From Callorhinchus milii (lineage: Eukaryota), in the NCBI RefSeq assembly GCF_018977255.1, contig NW_024704742.1:82586001-82650000 (forward strand): DNA of 64,000 nt, written 5' to 3'. Each line of letters begins with the position of its first letter. Positions within the stretch are counted from its first letter, which is position 1. Shown here one piece after another: positions 61,413 through 64,000 of this stretch. A model generated the notes under the pieces. That model had not been told where the DNA came from and did no database searches. It saw only the letters and a program-made list of their open reading frames with translations. The translations under genes were made by a program, and so were the position numbers.

Positions 61413-62172
61413 ATAATAATGAACCTTGCATTTGACATAGCGCCTTATCACATTGTAGAGATAACCAAGTACTTCACAGGATTTTACTGTAAAGGGTAAT
61501 GACTGTATTTGTAGGTGTAGGTTCAGCCCCGAGGCTCTGGAACTCTATCCCCCAGTGCCTTCGCCTTGCTTCCTCCCTCTCCTCCTTCAAGGCCGGTCTC
61601 AAAACCTTTCTCTTTGACCGAGCCTTCAGCTCCCCTCTCGACTCTCTTCCCCCTTCTCACTCCCTCCCATCCCTCCCCTCACCCTGACCATTTCCCCCCT
61701 CCTCGACTCTCCCCTCCCCTGACCATTTCCCCCCTGCTCGGGTCATGACCCAACTGTGCAGCGCCTTGGGATGTCCTCCTGACGTGAAAGGCGCTTTATA
61801 AATGGAATCTTGTTATTGTTGTTGTTGTTGTATTTGTAGGTGAACGCAGAAGCCAATTTGAACAATGTCCCACAAACAGTCATGGATTGAGTGACCAATT
61901 TTATTTGGAGGATTGTTGGCCAGGACACTGGGAGAAACTCTCTTTGCTTATCAAATAGTGCTGTGAGATCTTTAACATCTATCTAAACAGGCAGACAAAA
62001 CCTTGGTTTAATGTCTTGTCCAAAGGACAGCACCTCCAAAAAAGCACTCCCCCAATGCAAGGTAATGGAGTGTCACTCTGGACTGTGAGTTCAAAGTCCC
62101 AACGTAGGGCTTGAACCCATGTCCTTCTGACTCAGAGATAAAAGTGCTATCAACTGAGCCGGGCTGACACCT
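61413..62172 (-). mobile_element. Full-length family B SINE split by a young L2 tail
   Basis: Tail at 61413-61517; body and head at 61829-62172 (ctgagccgggctgacacc). Confidence 0.88.
61523..61830 (+). mobile_element. Young L2 3' fragment with a 14-bp TSD
   Basis: [44 protein letters not shown] is identical to the intact ORF. TSD tgtatttgtaggtg at 61504-61517 and 61829-61842. Confidence 0.95.
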
Positions 62173-63559
62173 GCATTGTTCCTCTGTCTTTCAGGGTGCT
62201 GTATTGAATTTTGTAGCGTGGAACAGTAATAGTGGGCAGGCCTGCATAGAGCTGATTTCCACCATTTTTACCTGTGTCCAGGACCTGATGCTGAATGTTC
62301 ACCAGCCACATCGCTAAAAACATGACAAGTTCTAAAAGTTATAGCTTTCAGGAGAAACTATTTGCCAATCTATTGTTCTGTTATTTTCCAGATATCCAAT
62401 TTTCTCCTTTGTCTCATCTGCTAAAGGCCTGTGACGGCTTTTACTTTTTCTTGAGGAGCCGATCCACTTGTACCTTGTTCGAATAGCTGTTATTTATTTG
62501 TGAGCCGAGATAGTGAGCTTATACCAATGAGCCCAATGACGTTCTTATCCAGTCGAGTAGGCGCTCATATCTAGGAGGCAGATAGAGATCAGGAATGGTA
62601 ACCCTGGCAAATGTATGCCTCGCCTTCCCCTCCCATTTCAACCAAGATCCTGAGGTCAATTACATTACCCCTCCTGCTACTCCAACTAAGTCAACATAGA
62701 CTAGGTTTGAAATCTAGACCTGACTGGTATGTAATTCTCAGCCAATCAATGTATACACTGCTGGAGCTGTGGGGGAGAGGCTATGTTTCAAACCCAGAGC
62801 CATTACTTTATTCTTGTAAGTTGTCAGTGAATGAAAGTGTGTATCCTGTGTGATCACATCTCAGCTGTCATTCTTTCAATGAGCTATTTCCCCACTTGAA
62901 TCATTCATCCAAGAAACGGAATTTGTCCATTGACTGGCTCTTTTGGAATTTGTGAAATATATAATAATCCTTGCAGTTGATGTACAAATTTGACCAGCAG
63001 AACACAAGGAAATTAAGAGCAAGGTAGTGACACATCACAGTCTGGCAAAAGCAGGAGCCCAAGGTTAAGTAGACTTTCTGTTAATGACTAACCCAGTTTT
63101 CCTAAGGCGCATATTCAATTGATGAAAGGCAGCTCAGAGATATGAAATCAGTTGGCAGCATACAGGGGCTGCTAATTGGAAATGCAATGATTATTCAATT
63201 ACATTCAACTTTAGTGCCTTAATATTTAATGCCATCTTTAACAAGTGTGAACAAAGAATGTGCTTCTGGGTCTCAGTGCTGTCATAAGAAGCTATTTGAA
63301 GTCACTATCACACATTTCACGACACTTGACACACGTTGAGAAAGGAAACACTGGATGTCAATTCGAATAGTCAAGAATTAACTGAAAGAAATGAAATATT
63401 ATTTGGACAGATTTTAATATTTTGGGTGCCTCAATGATTCCAGCCAATAAAATGATAGTCTTCAACCTGGTAGCATGGTAGATTGTTTAGAAAGGCTGTG
63501 TGCATTTATATTGCATTGCATAACAGACTGTTAGTAATCTTTCCCTTCACCAAAGGATC

Positions 63560-63860
63560 AATTTTAAGATCCTCATCTGCACCTTCAAATACCACTACAG
63601 CGTTATACCACCCAATCTCTGTGAATTCCTGCGACCTTACTACCCCGTCTCTTCCCTCTAATCAGCCAACTCTGGCTTGCTTCATGCCCCCAATCGCTCC
63701 TCTCTACTATCAGCGGTCAGCCCTTCAGTCCCTTTCCCCACATACTCTGAAGCTGTTCCCTCGATATGCATCTACCTAACCCCTTCCCCCCCTTCTATCA
63801 AATACCACATTTATCTTTTTGGCCATTCAGCCTTTGTAAAGTGCTTTGACGTGATCTCCC
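63560..63860 (+). mobile_element. Very old L2 3' fragment
   Basis: ttttaagatcctcatc..caccttcaaa...ctctggcttgcttcatgcccc...atcagcggtcagcccttcag. Confidence 0.65.
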
Positions 63861-64000
63861 AACAGAAAATTGATGTTGGTGGAGCTGAGCTAGATTTAAG
63901 GAAGCGAAAGAGGCATCGTATTGGTAAATCTAGCTTTGCTGGAGCAAACCAGCCCGGCGGCAATCTGAGCCCTATTTTATCCATGCTGCATCCAGCACAA

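Overview
Eukaryotic, repeat-dense vertebrate DNA with no long host ORF. It looks intronic or intergenic. The repeat repertoire (L2 and CR1 LINEs, Deu-domain and tRNA-headed SINEs, Penelope fragments) points to a cartilaginous fish, plausibly a chimaera or elephant shark; this is inferred from recalled repeat consensus, not from a search. The only convincing CDS is an uninterrupted L2-clade APE-endonuclease/reverse-transcriptase ORF (ATG 50115-53375, 1086 aa) in a ~3.6 kb element. That element is nested in a decayed CR1, which is itself nested in a SINE. Dozens of 3'-truncated L2 copies and two SINE families share the L2 3' stem-loop, which shows a compensatory base-pair change. The window therefore holds an autonomous LINE together with its likely non-autonomous partners. 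Unique sequence contains several short exon-like segments on the minus strand, one signal-peptide-like first exon on the plus strand, hairpins, local duplications and CNE-like blocks. I could not assign any of these to a named gene. There are no prokaryotic features, rRNA, bona fide tRNA or CRISPR arrays. Boundaries of old repeats were read by eye and are approximate.
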